64,000 nucleotides of DNA from an uncultured virus (IMG/VR IMGVR_UViG_3300032289_002266) (lineage: Duplodnaviria; Heunggongvirae; Uroviricota; Caudoviricetes). A program made the position numbers and the translations under genes. The first letter of the stretch is position 1, and each line of letters starts with the position of its first letter. The stretch lies in the IMG/VR virus record IMGVR_UViG_3300032289_002266. One strand, given 5' to 3'. This document shows positions 49,193 to 57,773 of the stretch, piece by piece. The notes beneath the pieces were generated by a model that worked only from the letters and a program-made list of their open reading frames with translations, had not been told where the DNA came from and made no database searches.

Positions 49193-51502
49193 TTAACCCC
49201 CTACTAACTCTTCGAAGTTGGTATCTGTTCTGGTTGCGTAGAAGTTAACTAAGATGAACTCAGCTGTTCTAACTGGTTTGAGATAGATGTCAACAACTAA
49301 CTCGTTACTATCAATTACCTCTGGGGTATTGTTACGCTCATCGCATACGATCAAGTAATCATACAATCCATCTGAAGCTTTAACTCTTTCAAAGAACGGC
49401 ACAAGTGTGTTAACAACTCTTGTTCTTGTAAATAGAGTGTTATTTTCGAATAAGAAGAACTTCATTACTTGCTTAGTTACCTTCTCGAGGTATAAGAAGG
49501 TTCTTCTTACGTTAACTCTATCGAAAGCACTTGGCTTCTTAAGCATTGTCTTTTGACCGAATACTACTAATCCTTGATCAGGGAATCTTGTTATAGGATT
49601 GATATTGACTTTGTAAAGCTCATCACGCTGTCTTTGGTTAGGGGCAATTGCTAAGTCGATAGCATCGGTAATAATACCTCTATTAAATCCTGCAGGAGCA
49701 GCCCACGGACCTACATCTGAGTCAGTTGAAGCTAACTTAGCAGCTACGAAACCAGACGGTGGAACGTAAATGTAAAGACCGCTGTAATCATCATATACCT
49801 TCATATAGTTACCAAATACGGTAGCGTACGAAGTATTGATATTTTCAAACTGGTGTCTCATCGCCCAGTAAATGTCTTGCGAGAAGTTTTTAGTAGGGTC
49901 GTCTATTACTTTAGACTGCTTACCAGATACTAAGATCTGTCTAATTGGATCTGCTACGAATAGAATATCACCACGCCCACCGTCTTTGATAGGTCCGCAG
50001 AATGTAATAAACTGATTCGCTATAGTCGTGTAATAATCTCGAGCATTTGTGTTTGTTAGATCATTAGAAGTTCTAAGAGCGTTAATATCATTACTTGTCT
50101 TAGTATCGTCGAAGTAATTTAAGCTCGTTGAGCAAACTGTCGTCCAGATTGTACCAAGACCACCCTCAGCAATAACATCGATATTAAAAACTTCATCGTT
50201 ACGAATTCTGTCAAGTGCTCTTGTTAGTTTAGCTGGTAAGTTACCAATGTCTTTTTGATTCAACTTGGTCTCACCGTAAGCACCGAGCGGGTATAGTGAA
50301 TCAGCGTAACCTAAGGAGTTTCCTGCAGCAGTTAATTGCGAGAAGGAGCAACCAGCAATTGCTGAGACCGAAGCACTTAGAGTTGATGCTAAGCTATTTC
50401 TTAACTGATTGGTTATAACTCTGATTTTCTTAGAAGGAGTACCGTCGTTATTCAATCTAATACCTCCAAACACGTCAGACAGGTAAGGGTTAACTAAGAT
50501 ATCAATATTTCTGGAGTCATTTTCAAGATTCTCTAAGAAGAAGTTAACTGGAGGCCCACCTACTTCACTATTAATCTGTCTGTAATATCCGATAGATCCG
50601 TTATACCCTTCCTCAAGAAGATAATCAAGTTCATTAGCATCATTACTAAACACTGATTGTCTAAGCTTGAAAATACCAACACTAAGAGTGTCATCAAACT
50701 CTCTTGTTGATGTATCGTAATTTGTGATCTTTTCTTCCATAACTTGCGATATGGAGTTTACAGCTGGATTATTACCGAATGCTGGAGTAGCTGTAAGAGT
50801 AAATGCAAGTCTGGTTGATGGAATATTAATGTAGCTACTAGATCCTACTGTACCTGGTGTAGATGTTGTTGTAGCTGCTTGTAAGATGGCATCATAGTTG
50901 CTAGCAGGGTTAATATTTGTATTATCCGAAATACCGATGTAGTAACCATTAAATTTACCATCGATAACTGTCTGAGCTTTGTTAATTACAATGATACCAG
51001 CTCCCGATAGACTTTGTAAGCTATTAAAACTTGTTGCTGCTGTAGCTGACCACCCGTTAGTGAATAAAGAGCCATCAACTAGAGCTTGATAACCTGTCTG
51101 GTCTGTAGTAAATTGAGTTGGTCTTCCTACTAAGTAAGCACCTGAGGCAGTGTCGAGCGTTGATGAACCTACAGCTGTTACCGGGTAACCTAAGACTGAA
51201 TAAAACGAACCGAAGCCTTGACCTGAACCACTACCGTAAGGAATTCTATTAACTTTTAAACTCGCAGTAGAGTTAAGAGCTGACTTAACAGTGTGGTAGA
51301 AGTATCTTTCAGCAGGAGTTTTAGGTGTACCGTAGATATTTTCAAATTCTGTTAGAGAGGTTACGTCTAATACCTCGTCAAAAGGACCTTGATCCGAAAA
51401 TCCTGCTACATATACGTTAGTACCGGCAGCGGTAGGTACTCTAAGGGAAAGGTCTCTCTCTCTAATTTCTACGCCTGGAGAATTAATTGTTCGTTTTGCC
51501 AT
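49193..51502 (-). CDS. gp18: Contractile tail sheath protein (gp18-like)
   Basis: SPGVEIRERD, PWAAPAGFNRG, RDELYKVNINPI, FGQKT, AFDRVNVRR, CDERNNTP, YLKPVRTAEFI. Confidence 0.96.
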   Translation of the reverse strand: MAKRTINSPGVEIRERDLSLRVPTAAGTNVYVAGFSDQGPFDEVLDVTSLTEFENIYGTPKTPAERYFYHTVKSALNSTASLKVNRIPYGSGSGQGFGSFYSVLGYPVTAVGSSTLDTASGAYLVGRPTQFTTDQTGYQALVDGSLFTNGWSATAATSFNSLQSLSGAGIIVINKAQTVIDGKFNGYYIGISDNTNINPASNYDAILQAATTTSTPGTVGSSSYINIPSTRLAFTLTATPAFGNNPAVNSISQVMEEKITNYDTSTREFDDTLSVGIFKLRQSVFSNDANELDYLLEEGYNGSIGYYRQINSEVGGPPVNFFLENLENDSRNIDILVNPYLSDVFGGIRLNNDGTPSKKIRVITNQLRNSLASTLSASVSAIAGCSFSQLTAAGNSLGYADSLYPLGAYGETKLNQKDIGNLPAKLTRALDRIRNDEVFNIDVIAEGGLGTIWTTVCSTSLNYFDDTKTSNDINALRTSNDLTNTNARDYYTTIANQFITFCGPIKDGGRGDILFVADPIRQILVSGKQSKVIDDPTKNFSQDIYWAMRHQFENINTSYATVFGNYMKVYDDYSGLYIYVPPSGFVAAKLASTDSDVGPWAAPAGFNRGIITDAIDLAIAPNQRQRDELYKVNINPITRFPDQGLVVFGQKTMLKKPSAFDRVNVRRTFLYLEKVTKQVMKFFLFENNTLFTRTRVVNTLVPFFERVKASDGLYDYLIVCDERNNTPEVIDSNELVVDIYLKPVRTAEFILVNFYATRTDTNFEELVGG

Positions 51503-51507
51503 GTAAT

Positions 51508-51515
51508 TATTTATG
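51508..51515 (-). promoter_or_regulatory. Late promoter-like box CATAAATA
   Basis: Lies 5 nt before the sheath ATG. Confidence 0.6.
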
Positions 51516-51532
51516 GCAATTTTGTTTAATTT

Positions 51533-52102
51533 TTAATTTAAAAGCGTAGTATGTAACTGCGAATATACAAAAGTAAAGGAAGATTCGATTTCAGCTGAGT
51601 CTCTATAGTTAAAGTTTATACCACCCAAGTCGGTAGGAAATGACTTTGTATATGTGAAGCGAATTTTCTCGTTATTAAATTCGTCGAGGCCGTATATTGT
51701 CATATCTGTTTGATAATCTTTAAAATTATCGTTAGTAATAATATCACTCTCGTCGAAAATACCTTCTACCTGACTGTGTAATAAATCTAACCACTTATAT
51801 ATTACCCAATAATTAGAATATTCATTATCTATGGTGAAATTTACTGTAACTGGTGGGTATGGTGATTTATTATGTGATGAGTTATAAAGGGTACTACCTG
51901 CATATCTTATCTCCAGAGCTGGAACGGTAATAGTAGGTACTACTGTTCCGTAAATAGAGAATTGCATAGTATCCTGTATTACAGAACTATTACTTCTTAC
52001 ACCTTCACTAATACTCTTTAATGCATTTGGTACCTGAAAGACAAGCTTAAACTTATCTATTCTAGATTTGTTTAAAGATGATTGTTGATAGGTATTGCTC
52101 AT
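51533..52102 (-). CDS. Tail completion / tube terminator protein (gp3-like)
   Basis: VNFTIDNEYSNYWVIYKWL...FPTDLGGINF...FTFVYS. Confidence 0.7.
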   Translation of the reverse strand: MSNTYQQSSLNKSRIDKFKLVFQVPNALKSISEGVRSNSSVIQDTMQFSIYGTVVPTITVPALEIRYAGSTLYNSSHNKSPYPPVTVNFTIDNEYSNYWVIYKWLDLLHSQVEGIFDESDIITNDNFKDYQTDMTIYGLDEFNNEKIRFTYTKSFPTDLGGINFNYRDSAEIESSFTFVYSQLHTTLLN

Positions 52103-53586
52103 AGTGTGGTCCAGCCGTCTTGTTGTAAAAATTCTATTTCTGCTACTTGTTCTGAATCACCCATACCGAATACTACGGGTGTCATGTATGTATTATTTAA
52201 TCCTACTACCTCGAAATCATTATATATAGAAGTAGGATCTTCAAACATTGACACACCAAAATCCATAGGCTCTATAAAGCTAGGCTTTCCGTGATCATCA
52301 AGCTCTACTATTTCAAAATATCTTTCCGTTAACTCTTTTTCTAATATAAACAATGCGTACATTAACGACATTACTCTATCATCATGATAACCTCCTTTTG
52401 CCTTCCAAGTACCATTAGGATATCTTACAAAATCTTTAAGCTCCTTCAAAGTATCCATATCTTTAATAGTAACAGATCTCATTTCATTTATAAAATAACG
52501 CATGTTCATTACACCTTTATATTTGGTATTAGTATGAGCTATCATACCCATTTGGGGTTTTACTCTATTAGCTACTTTTGCACCATACGATACTACTTTT
52601 TCATATCCCATATCAAAAGCCAATCTATCAACTACCTGCGCTCCGCAATTATTTCTCTCTATTAGAGCTAAAGGTGATCCCCAGTTTTTGAGAATAGTAT
52701 GAACTTTATTAGCAAACTCTAACGGTGGTATATGTCTGTTATGGTAAGTAGCTACTTGCTTTATATCTTTTAAATCTGTTATATCTAAAATTTGCATAAC
52801 TGAAGCATCGATACCAACACCTTCAGATATATCAACTCCCGCAACATAGACTCTAGAGGAATCAGGCTCCTCCCATATTTTATAATTACCTTCGTCTAAT
52901 AGTATTTTAGGTTCCGTACATTGCTGTGACATCTCTAAGAAAAGAGCTTCATCTATAGAAGACTCACCAGAATTTACAAAGATGCAGCAAAATTCTTGTA
53001 ACCAGGCCTCTGTTGATCCAAGTGCCTGCCTGGTAATTGAAGCCCACTTTTCGTCTCTTCCAGGTATTTCGTCCCACATAATTTTATCATATCCCCATCC
53101 ATTTTCACCCTTTTCAGCTCCATCATAAATTTTATGAAACAAGTTATCGGTACCATTTGCAGTAGAACATATAAAGACTTTAGATTTTTTAGAAGAAGTA
53201 ATAATAGGAAAAACGGACTTCCAAAACTCATCAACCAAATGAGTATTATGAGATAATATACCGTTAGTAAAATATCTATTACCGTCTTCAACATCTACAA
53301 AATCATATACTACTTCAGAGGCACATTTCTCTATATTGAGTACTTTAACTAAACCAGATTTGGTCTTTATTTGCTTATAGAGGGTATCTTTAGCTAAAAT
53401 AGTATTATCTTCCGCATCGAAGAACCCATGATTTTCTGAAACCTTGATAACGCTACTATCAGCTAAACTTAGCTTTATTAAACTTTTCTTGTCGTATACT
53501 GCTAAACCAGAGAAATTCTTCCATCCTTTATCTGTTTCTATTTCCCAATCTTCGTTTACAATAAATTCCTTTAAGTCATCTTTCAT
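52099..53586 (-). CDS. gp17: Terminase large subunit C-terminal fragment fused to a split-intein IntC
   Basis: Residues 1-114 are intein; then THLVDEFWKSVFP...STANG, QEFCC, AGVDISEG, IERNN, HDDRVMS nuclease motifs. Confidence 0.92.
   Translation of the reverse strand: MKDDLKEFIVNEDWEIETDKGWKNFSGLAVYDKKSLIKLSLADSSVIKVSENHGFFDAEDNTILAKDTLYKQIKTKSGLVKVLNIEKCASEVVYDFVDVEDGNRYFTNGILSHNTHLVDEFWKSVFPIITSSKKSKVFICSTANGTDNLFHKIYDGAEKGENGWGYDKIMWDEIPGRDEKWASITRQALGSTEAWLQEFCCIFVNSGESSIDEALFLEMSQQCTEPKILLDEGNYKIWEEPDSSRVYVAGVDISEGVGIDASVMQILDITDLKDIKQVATYHNRHIPPLEFANKVHTILKNWGSPLALIERNNCGAQVVDRLAFDMGYEKVVSYGAKVANRVKPQMGMIAHTNTKYKGVMNMRYFINEMRSVTIKDMDTLKELKDFVRYPNGTWKAKGGYHDDRVMSLMYALFILEKELTERYFEIVELDDHGKPSFIEPMDFGVSMFEDPTSIYNDFEVVGLNNTYMTPVVFGMGDSEQVAEIEFLQQDGWTTL
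53245..53586 (-). mobile_element. Split intein C-fragment (114 aa)
   Basis: Block B VSENHGF, block F VYDFVDV, block G YFTNGILSHN followed by Thr. Confidence 0.9.
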
Positions 53587-54746
53587 AATATGTCTCCTTG
53601 TGTTATAATTTTATAAACATAACCGAATTCTGCGCACCAAGCCGCGGCTGCTTTAGCCTTAGCTAAATTTCTAGGAGTATCTATTAAATTCTCCGGCTTT
53701 ATTTCATATATAATCTTATTTACATCATCAGTAAAATCTGTAATATATATATGATCTTTATTTTCATAATTATACTTTATTCTAGTAACTTCGTATTTTA
53801 ATGATGGATTGAGCTCATGAAACTTTAACTCCCAAGAGCTTCTATAGTTTTTAATACCTGTGATGTCTGATCTAAGACGTTTGTGATTAAGCCTGTTTAA
53901 TGTATTCGGGGTATAAGAACCTTCTAATATTTTTTCTTTCATTAACTCGCTTTGTTTTTTATATACCCCGTTTTCGCGGTTTTTAAAAACTTGCTCCGAA
54001 CGCTTTAACTTACACCAAGTATTCTTATTAGATGTAGAAATTTTATTTTTAGTTTCCGTAGTGTGGTGATAATTTTTTCTTAATTTTACTCTTTTTTGTT
54101 TAATATGTTCACTCTGCAAATAAGATAAATCTCTTTTTTTTGCTTGATTAGATAATAAGTTACTTATACATTTTTTCGATCCGCAAGTATTGTTGAGTGT
54201 AAAAGTACTTGTATTTGTAAAATTACAAAAACTGTTACATTTACAGTAAATAGCTTCGTTTACTAACAAGGCTATTTTATATTTAAAATTATCAATATTA
54301 GGCGTATAATACGATATACTATCTAGTAATTCTCTATCTTTAGAGAATTTTGTATATGAAGATTTTTTAATATATTCTTTAGTCCTATCGATTACTACAT
54401 TGATATCTAACTTCGCAATAGGTTGTATATCCATGTTCTCTATTCTAGAAATAAACGTATTTATACACTTACCGCTAAACGTTATTAATCCCTTAGCATA
54501 ACCATGCTTAAAGTTTAAAAATTTTGCATTAGGTAATTCAGTTATATTATGTATAATATGATATACTTTCTGATTTAGAGGTAAATCGTATAATCCAATA
54601 TTATCTTTATAAAATTCATTAATATAATCGTAAATATAACCCTTATTTTGCCTTTCATACCACCTACGAAAGTAGGAATTCTTATTAAGCTTTCTATCTT
54701 TAAAAAACTCTATAATCTCGTCCCGCATTTTACATTTATCATCCAT
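53583..54746 (-). CDS. Free-standing endonuclease between the terminase halves (NUMOD3-like motif plus TnsA/gp4-like PD-(D/E)XK domain)
   Basis: CKC...CGSKKC; HTTETKNKIS; YRSSWE...YITDF...YEIKP...KAKAAAAWC...YKIITQ; start set at 54746 from the late box. Confidence 0.78.
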   Translation of the reverse strand: MDDKCKMRDEIIEFFKDRKLNKNSYFRRWYERQNKGYIYDYINEFYKDNIGLYDLPLNQKVYHIIHNITELPNAKFLNFKHGYAKGLITFSGKCINTFISRIENMDIQPIAKLDINVVIDRTKEYIKKSSYTKFSKDRELLDSISYYTPNIDNFKYKIALLVNEAIYCKCNSFCNFTNTSTFTLNNTCGSKKCISNLLSNQAKKRDLSYLQSEHIKQKRVKLRKNYHHTTETKNKISTSNKNTWCKLKRSEQVFKNRENGVYKKQSELMKEKILEGSYTPNTLNRLNHKRLRSDITGIKNYRSSWELKFHELNPSLKYEVTRIKYNYENKDHIYITDFTDDVNKIIYEIKPENLIDTPRNLAKAKAAAAWCAEFGYVYKIITQGDIL

Positions 54747-54751
54747 ATATG

Positions 54752-54759
54752 TATTTATG
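54752..54759 (-). promoter_or_regulatory. Late promoter-like box CATAAATA containing the IntN stop codon
   Basis: Stop TAA at 54757-54755 forms the first half of TAAATA; box lies 5 nt before ATG 54746. Confidence 0.6.
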
Positions 54760-55411
54760 TTGTTTGGAGTAGTTTTTTGTATTCCCATACGCTACATTCT
54801 CTTACTTCTCCCGTATGTTTATTTCTTAACTTCACTTTAGTTTCACCAGAAATACACTCAATAAACGCACATTCGTCAATAATTAGAAGGTTTACAGACT
54901 GACCACGAGCAGCAGTACCAGTTGTAGTTGTAATACCTATTCTACTACCATTATCTAGTGTCATTGAGGTTTTGCCATATTCTTTAACACCAGGCTTTAG
55001 CCAAATAGGTAGCTCCTCGAAAGCCATTCTAACACGTTGAAAGATTTCAATAGCAGTAGCTTCTTTGTTTGCTACTAAAAGAATTCTTTGATCATCCATA
55101 AAGCATGCATACCATAGCATATAGATAGTCATAAGGGTAGACTTACCAATCTGACGAGAGGCTAGAAGAATAAAGAATCTGTTATCTCTCATCTTACGAA
55201 TAGCGCGCTTTTGACAAGGGTGTAATTTAATTTTCTCTCTACCTCTATCTAGGTTAATTATGTGAAAGAAATTTTCTGCAAAATATAATATATTATCTTT
55301 AGCTTTTTGAAGCTCCTTTACCATCCATGGCTCGTAAGCTATTACTGCACCAGCTGCTGGAAGATTAGGATTTCCTAAATAAAACTCAGTTTTGTCGGAC
55401 TTTTTGGACAT
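54755..55411 (-). CDS. gp17: Terminase large subunit N-terminal fragment fused to a split-intein IntN
   Basis: YLGNPNLP, LHPCQ, Walker A SRQIGKST, VANK, LDNGSRI, ARGQS, Walker B IIDECAF. Confidence 0.93.
   Translation of the reverse strand: MSKKSDKTEFYLGNPNLPAAGAVIAYEPWMVKELQKAKDNILYFAENFFHIINLDRGREKIKLHPCQKRAIRKMRDNRFFILLASRQIGKSTLMTIYMLWYACFMDDQRILLVANKEATAIEIFQRVRMAFEELPIWLKPGVKEYGKTSMTLDNGSRIGITTTTGTAARGQSVNLLIIDECAFIECISGETKVKLRNKHTGEVRECSVWEYKKLLQTT
54758..54856 (-). mobile_element. Split intein N-fragment (33 aa)
   Basis: Block A CISGETKVKL immediately after Walker B LLIIDECAFIE, then a stop. Confidence 0.88.
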
Positions 55412-55415
55412 AATC

Positions 55416-55423
55416 TATAAATA
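55416..55423 (+). promoter_or_regulatory. T4-type late promoter box TATAAATA
   Basis: Lies 5 nt before the ATG at 55429. Confidence 0.6.
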
Positions 55424-55428
55424 TATAT

Positions 55429-56436
55429 ATGTCAAAACAAAACGACTTCTCGAGTATTGGGCAAGTTTATGGAAGTATGTTAAACAACATGAAGCATAAG
55501 CTAGTATCTGAAGGTAAAATTGGAACTATGGTCAAGCCAGGCGAAATTGGTGAAGCTCCACTTATTAAGGGTGGTCCGCAAGAAACAGCCGGTTATATGC
55601 CTTCAAAGATAGACAGAAAGAAAATGTCCAAGAAAGAGCTAGATGATAATCTTTATAAAATTAAGGATCTATCTCAACCTGAAAGCTCAGAAGAAGACGA
55701 AGAAGATAAAAAGCCTAAAAAGGGTATGTTTACAAAGGTTGAAAAAGAAGCTGAAAAAGCCGGTTATAGTAAAAAAGCTGCTCAAAAAATCGCAGGTGCT
55801 GCTAAAGCAAAGGTAAAAGGCGCTTATAAGGGAGAAGAAGATGAAGAAACTATCAAAGAAAGTAGAAAAATTGCCAAAGATAGCATAAATAATTTTATGA
55901 AAAGCAAATCAATCTTTGATAAACTATACGAAAATGTCATGGGACAGCCAGGCGCTGCAGCTCCTATGGGTTCGGAAATGGAAGAAACAGACGAGCTTGG
56001 TGCTCTTGGTATTGAGACCGACGGTGAAGGAATGGAAGAAACCGGCGAAGAGGTTACTTTCACACTTGATCGTGAAACTGCTCAAAAACTTATCGACGTT
56101 CTTCAAGCTGCTATCGGTGATGAAGCAGAAGGCGGTGAGTATGAGTCAGAAGGTGATACCGAAGAAGGTGACGGTGAAGAAGCTGAAGAAGGTTTCTGGG
56201 ACGAAGACGAAGAAGATCTTGGCGCTGAGAACCTTTCTAAAGAAGTCAATTTCGGAAAGAATAACAAAGTTGGTGCTCTCAAAACACAATCAGGCGGTGC
56301 TACTTCAGCATATACAGACAAAGTAGGTCAAGACGGCGACCATGGTCACGCTCTTGTAAACGCTAAAGAGCCTAACATGGGTAAGAACAACAAAGTTGGT
56401 ACGCTCAAGGCTGGTAAGTCAGCATTCGAACAATAA
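55429..56436 (+). CDS. Highly charged prohead core/scaffold-like or internal protein
   Basis: Lys-rich then very acidic low-complexity regions; late box upstream; terminator downstream. Confidence 0.55.
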   Translation: MSKQNDFSSIGQVYGSMLNNMKHKLVSEGKIGTMVKPGEIGEAPLIKGGPQETAGYMPSKIDRKKMSKKELDDNLYKIKDLSQPESSEEDEEDKKPKKGMFTKVEKEAEKAGYSKKAAQKIAGAAKAKVKGAYKGEEDEETIKESRKIAKDSINNFMKSKSIFDKLYENVMGQPGAAAPMGSEMEETDELGALGIETDGEGMEETGEEVTFTLDRETAQKLIDVLQAAIGDEAEGGEYESEGDTEEGDGEEAEEGFWDEDEEDLGAENLSKEVNFGKNNKVGALKTQSGGATSAYTDKVGQDGDHGHALVNAKEPNMGKNNKVGTLKAGKSAFEQ

Positions 56437-56454
56437 TTAAAACTTAACTATAAT

Positions 56455-56488
56455 AAGCCCGGTGGTTTAACTACTACCGGGCTTTTTT
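56455..56488 (+). terminator. Rho-independent terminator
   Basis: AAGCCCGGTGG...CTACCGGGCTT hairpin followed by a T-run. Confidence 0.85.
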
Positions 56489-56489
56489 G

Positions 56490-56497
56490 TATAAATA
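56490..56497 (+). promoter_or_regulatory. T4-type late promoter box TATAAATA
   Basis: Directly after the terminator, 5 nt before ATG 56503. Confidence 0.65.
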
Positions 56498-56502
56498 ATA
56501 GT

Positions 56503-56874
56503 ATGATAACCTTTAAAGAATACCTGATTGAATACGCTACAAAGCAGAACAGTCAGTTCTTTGGTATAGCTAAGCTTAGATCAGGTAGTAATGGTAAATT
56601 GCTAGATGATCCATATAACAGAAAACATAAAAATGCTTTTAAAAAGGAATACTCTCACAAACACCCTGTTGTTGATCGCATCTGTAAGGGTAATTCAAAT
56701 AACGTTCATCTTGCTGGTCCGCCGCTATTATCTATACTAGATCTTTATAATACTCAGTTTGAACCAGGTGTAAAAACTTTAGGCAATTCAGATGTTGAAG
56801 TTGAGATGTATGAAGATGAAGAAGGTACACAAAAAGGAATTTTAAGAAATAGAAAGAAAAACAATGGCCTGTAG
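56503..56874 (+). CDS. Hypothetical protein with a capsid-targeting-like N-terminus
   Basis: MITFKEYLIE resembles the T4 internal-protein leader MKTYQEFIAE. Confidence 0.6.
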   Translation: MITFKEYLIEYATKQNSQFFGIAKLRSGSNGKLLDDPYNRKHKNAFKKEYSHKHPVVDRICKGNSNNVHLAGPPLLSILDLYNTQFEPGVKTLGNSDVEVEMYEDEEGTQKGILRNRKKNNGL

Positions 56875-57739
56875 TACAAGTAGATCTCAATGTACTGCTG
56901 AAGGTGTATTTGCAGCAGTTGCTAGTCCTGGATGTGGGCAGTTTCTCAACCCAGGTAACTTCCAAGCTGAACAAATTATATACGACTCTTCTTTTAAAGA
57001 TCTTATTAATAGCTATGGCATACCTGTAGATTATTATATTAATACTTTTAACCTCTCAGCAGCTGATACACTTTACGGCGAGCATCCAACAGCTATCTTT
57101 TATGGACCGGTATCAATAATGATGTATGTTGAGCTCAACGAAAACGCCGTTAATCTATCTAAGTTTGGATTTGCTTCTGATGATGAACTAACAGGGTATA
57201 TTCACATACAAACATTCTCCAATATAATGTCCAGTAGTGGTTATTTCTATATTAGAACTAGCTCTGGTGACTTTGTAAACTACAATGAGTCGCCTTCTAT
57301 TTTTGACAGACTTTTAGGTGTAGATAGAGATGCGTATTATAGTTATATTAATAATGGCCAGGTTATAGAGCCAAAATCTGGCGATTTAATTCAACTCTCC
57401 CCACTAGGGTGTGATAGACCTAACGGTAGGGGAGCCAAGATATTTGAAATTACCGAAAGAACAGATCAAGACGTATCATCCATGAATCCGTTGCTCGGTC
57501 ATTATATATACAGATTGAGAGCTAAACGTTACGAATATTCGTTCGAGCCTGGCGCACCTCTTGAGCCACAAAATCAGCAAATATTTGAAAATTCTTTTTC
57601 TGGTAAGCTTTCGTCTAATATTCCTGGCGAATTACCATCTGAAAACAAATCTTATCCAGGTGATATAGATACAGAATCTAAAACAAAAGTTTTAGATATG
57701 TCTGTAAACAATACTGATATATACGGATCCTACTATTAA
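56864..57739 (+). CDS. gp14: Neck / head-closure protein (gp14-like)
   Basis: LINSYGIPVDYY, LYGEHP, LSKFGFASDDELT, PKSGDLI, IFEITE, YRLRAKRYEYS. Confidence 0.8.
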   Translation: MACSTSRSQCTAEGVFAAVASPGCGQFLNPGNFQAEQIIYDSSFKDLINSYGIPVDYYINTFNLSAADTLYGEHPTAIFYGPVSIMMYVELNENAVNLSKFGFASDDELTGYIHIQTFSNIMSSSGYFYIRTSSGDFVNYNESPSIFDRLLGVDRDAYYSYINNGQVIEPKSGDLIQLSPLGCDRPNGRGAKIFEITERTDQDVSSMNPLLGHYIYRLRAKRYEYSFEPGAPLEPQNQQIFENSFSGKLSSNIPGELPSENKSYPGDIDTESKTKVLDMSVNNTDIYGSYY

Positions 57740-57773
57740 TTAAACAGGATTAAAACACCAACTCACTTTGTTT

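Noticed and set aside
53587..54754. Group I intron interrupting terL
   Set aside because: The interval is filled by an ORF with no room for ribozyme core elements, and both flanks carry intein motifs with their own stop and start. Not formally excluded without RT-PCR.
52099..55411. Terminase pseudogene or frameshift
   Set aside because: Both halves keep their catalytic motifs, and the break coincides exactly with intein termini.
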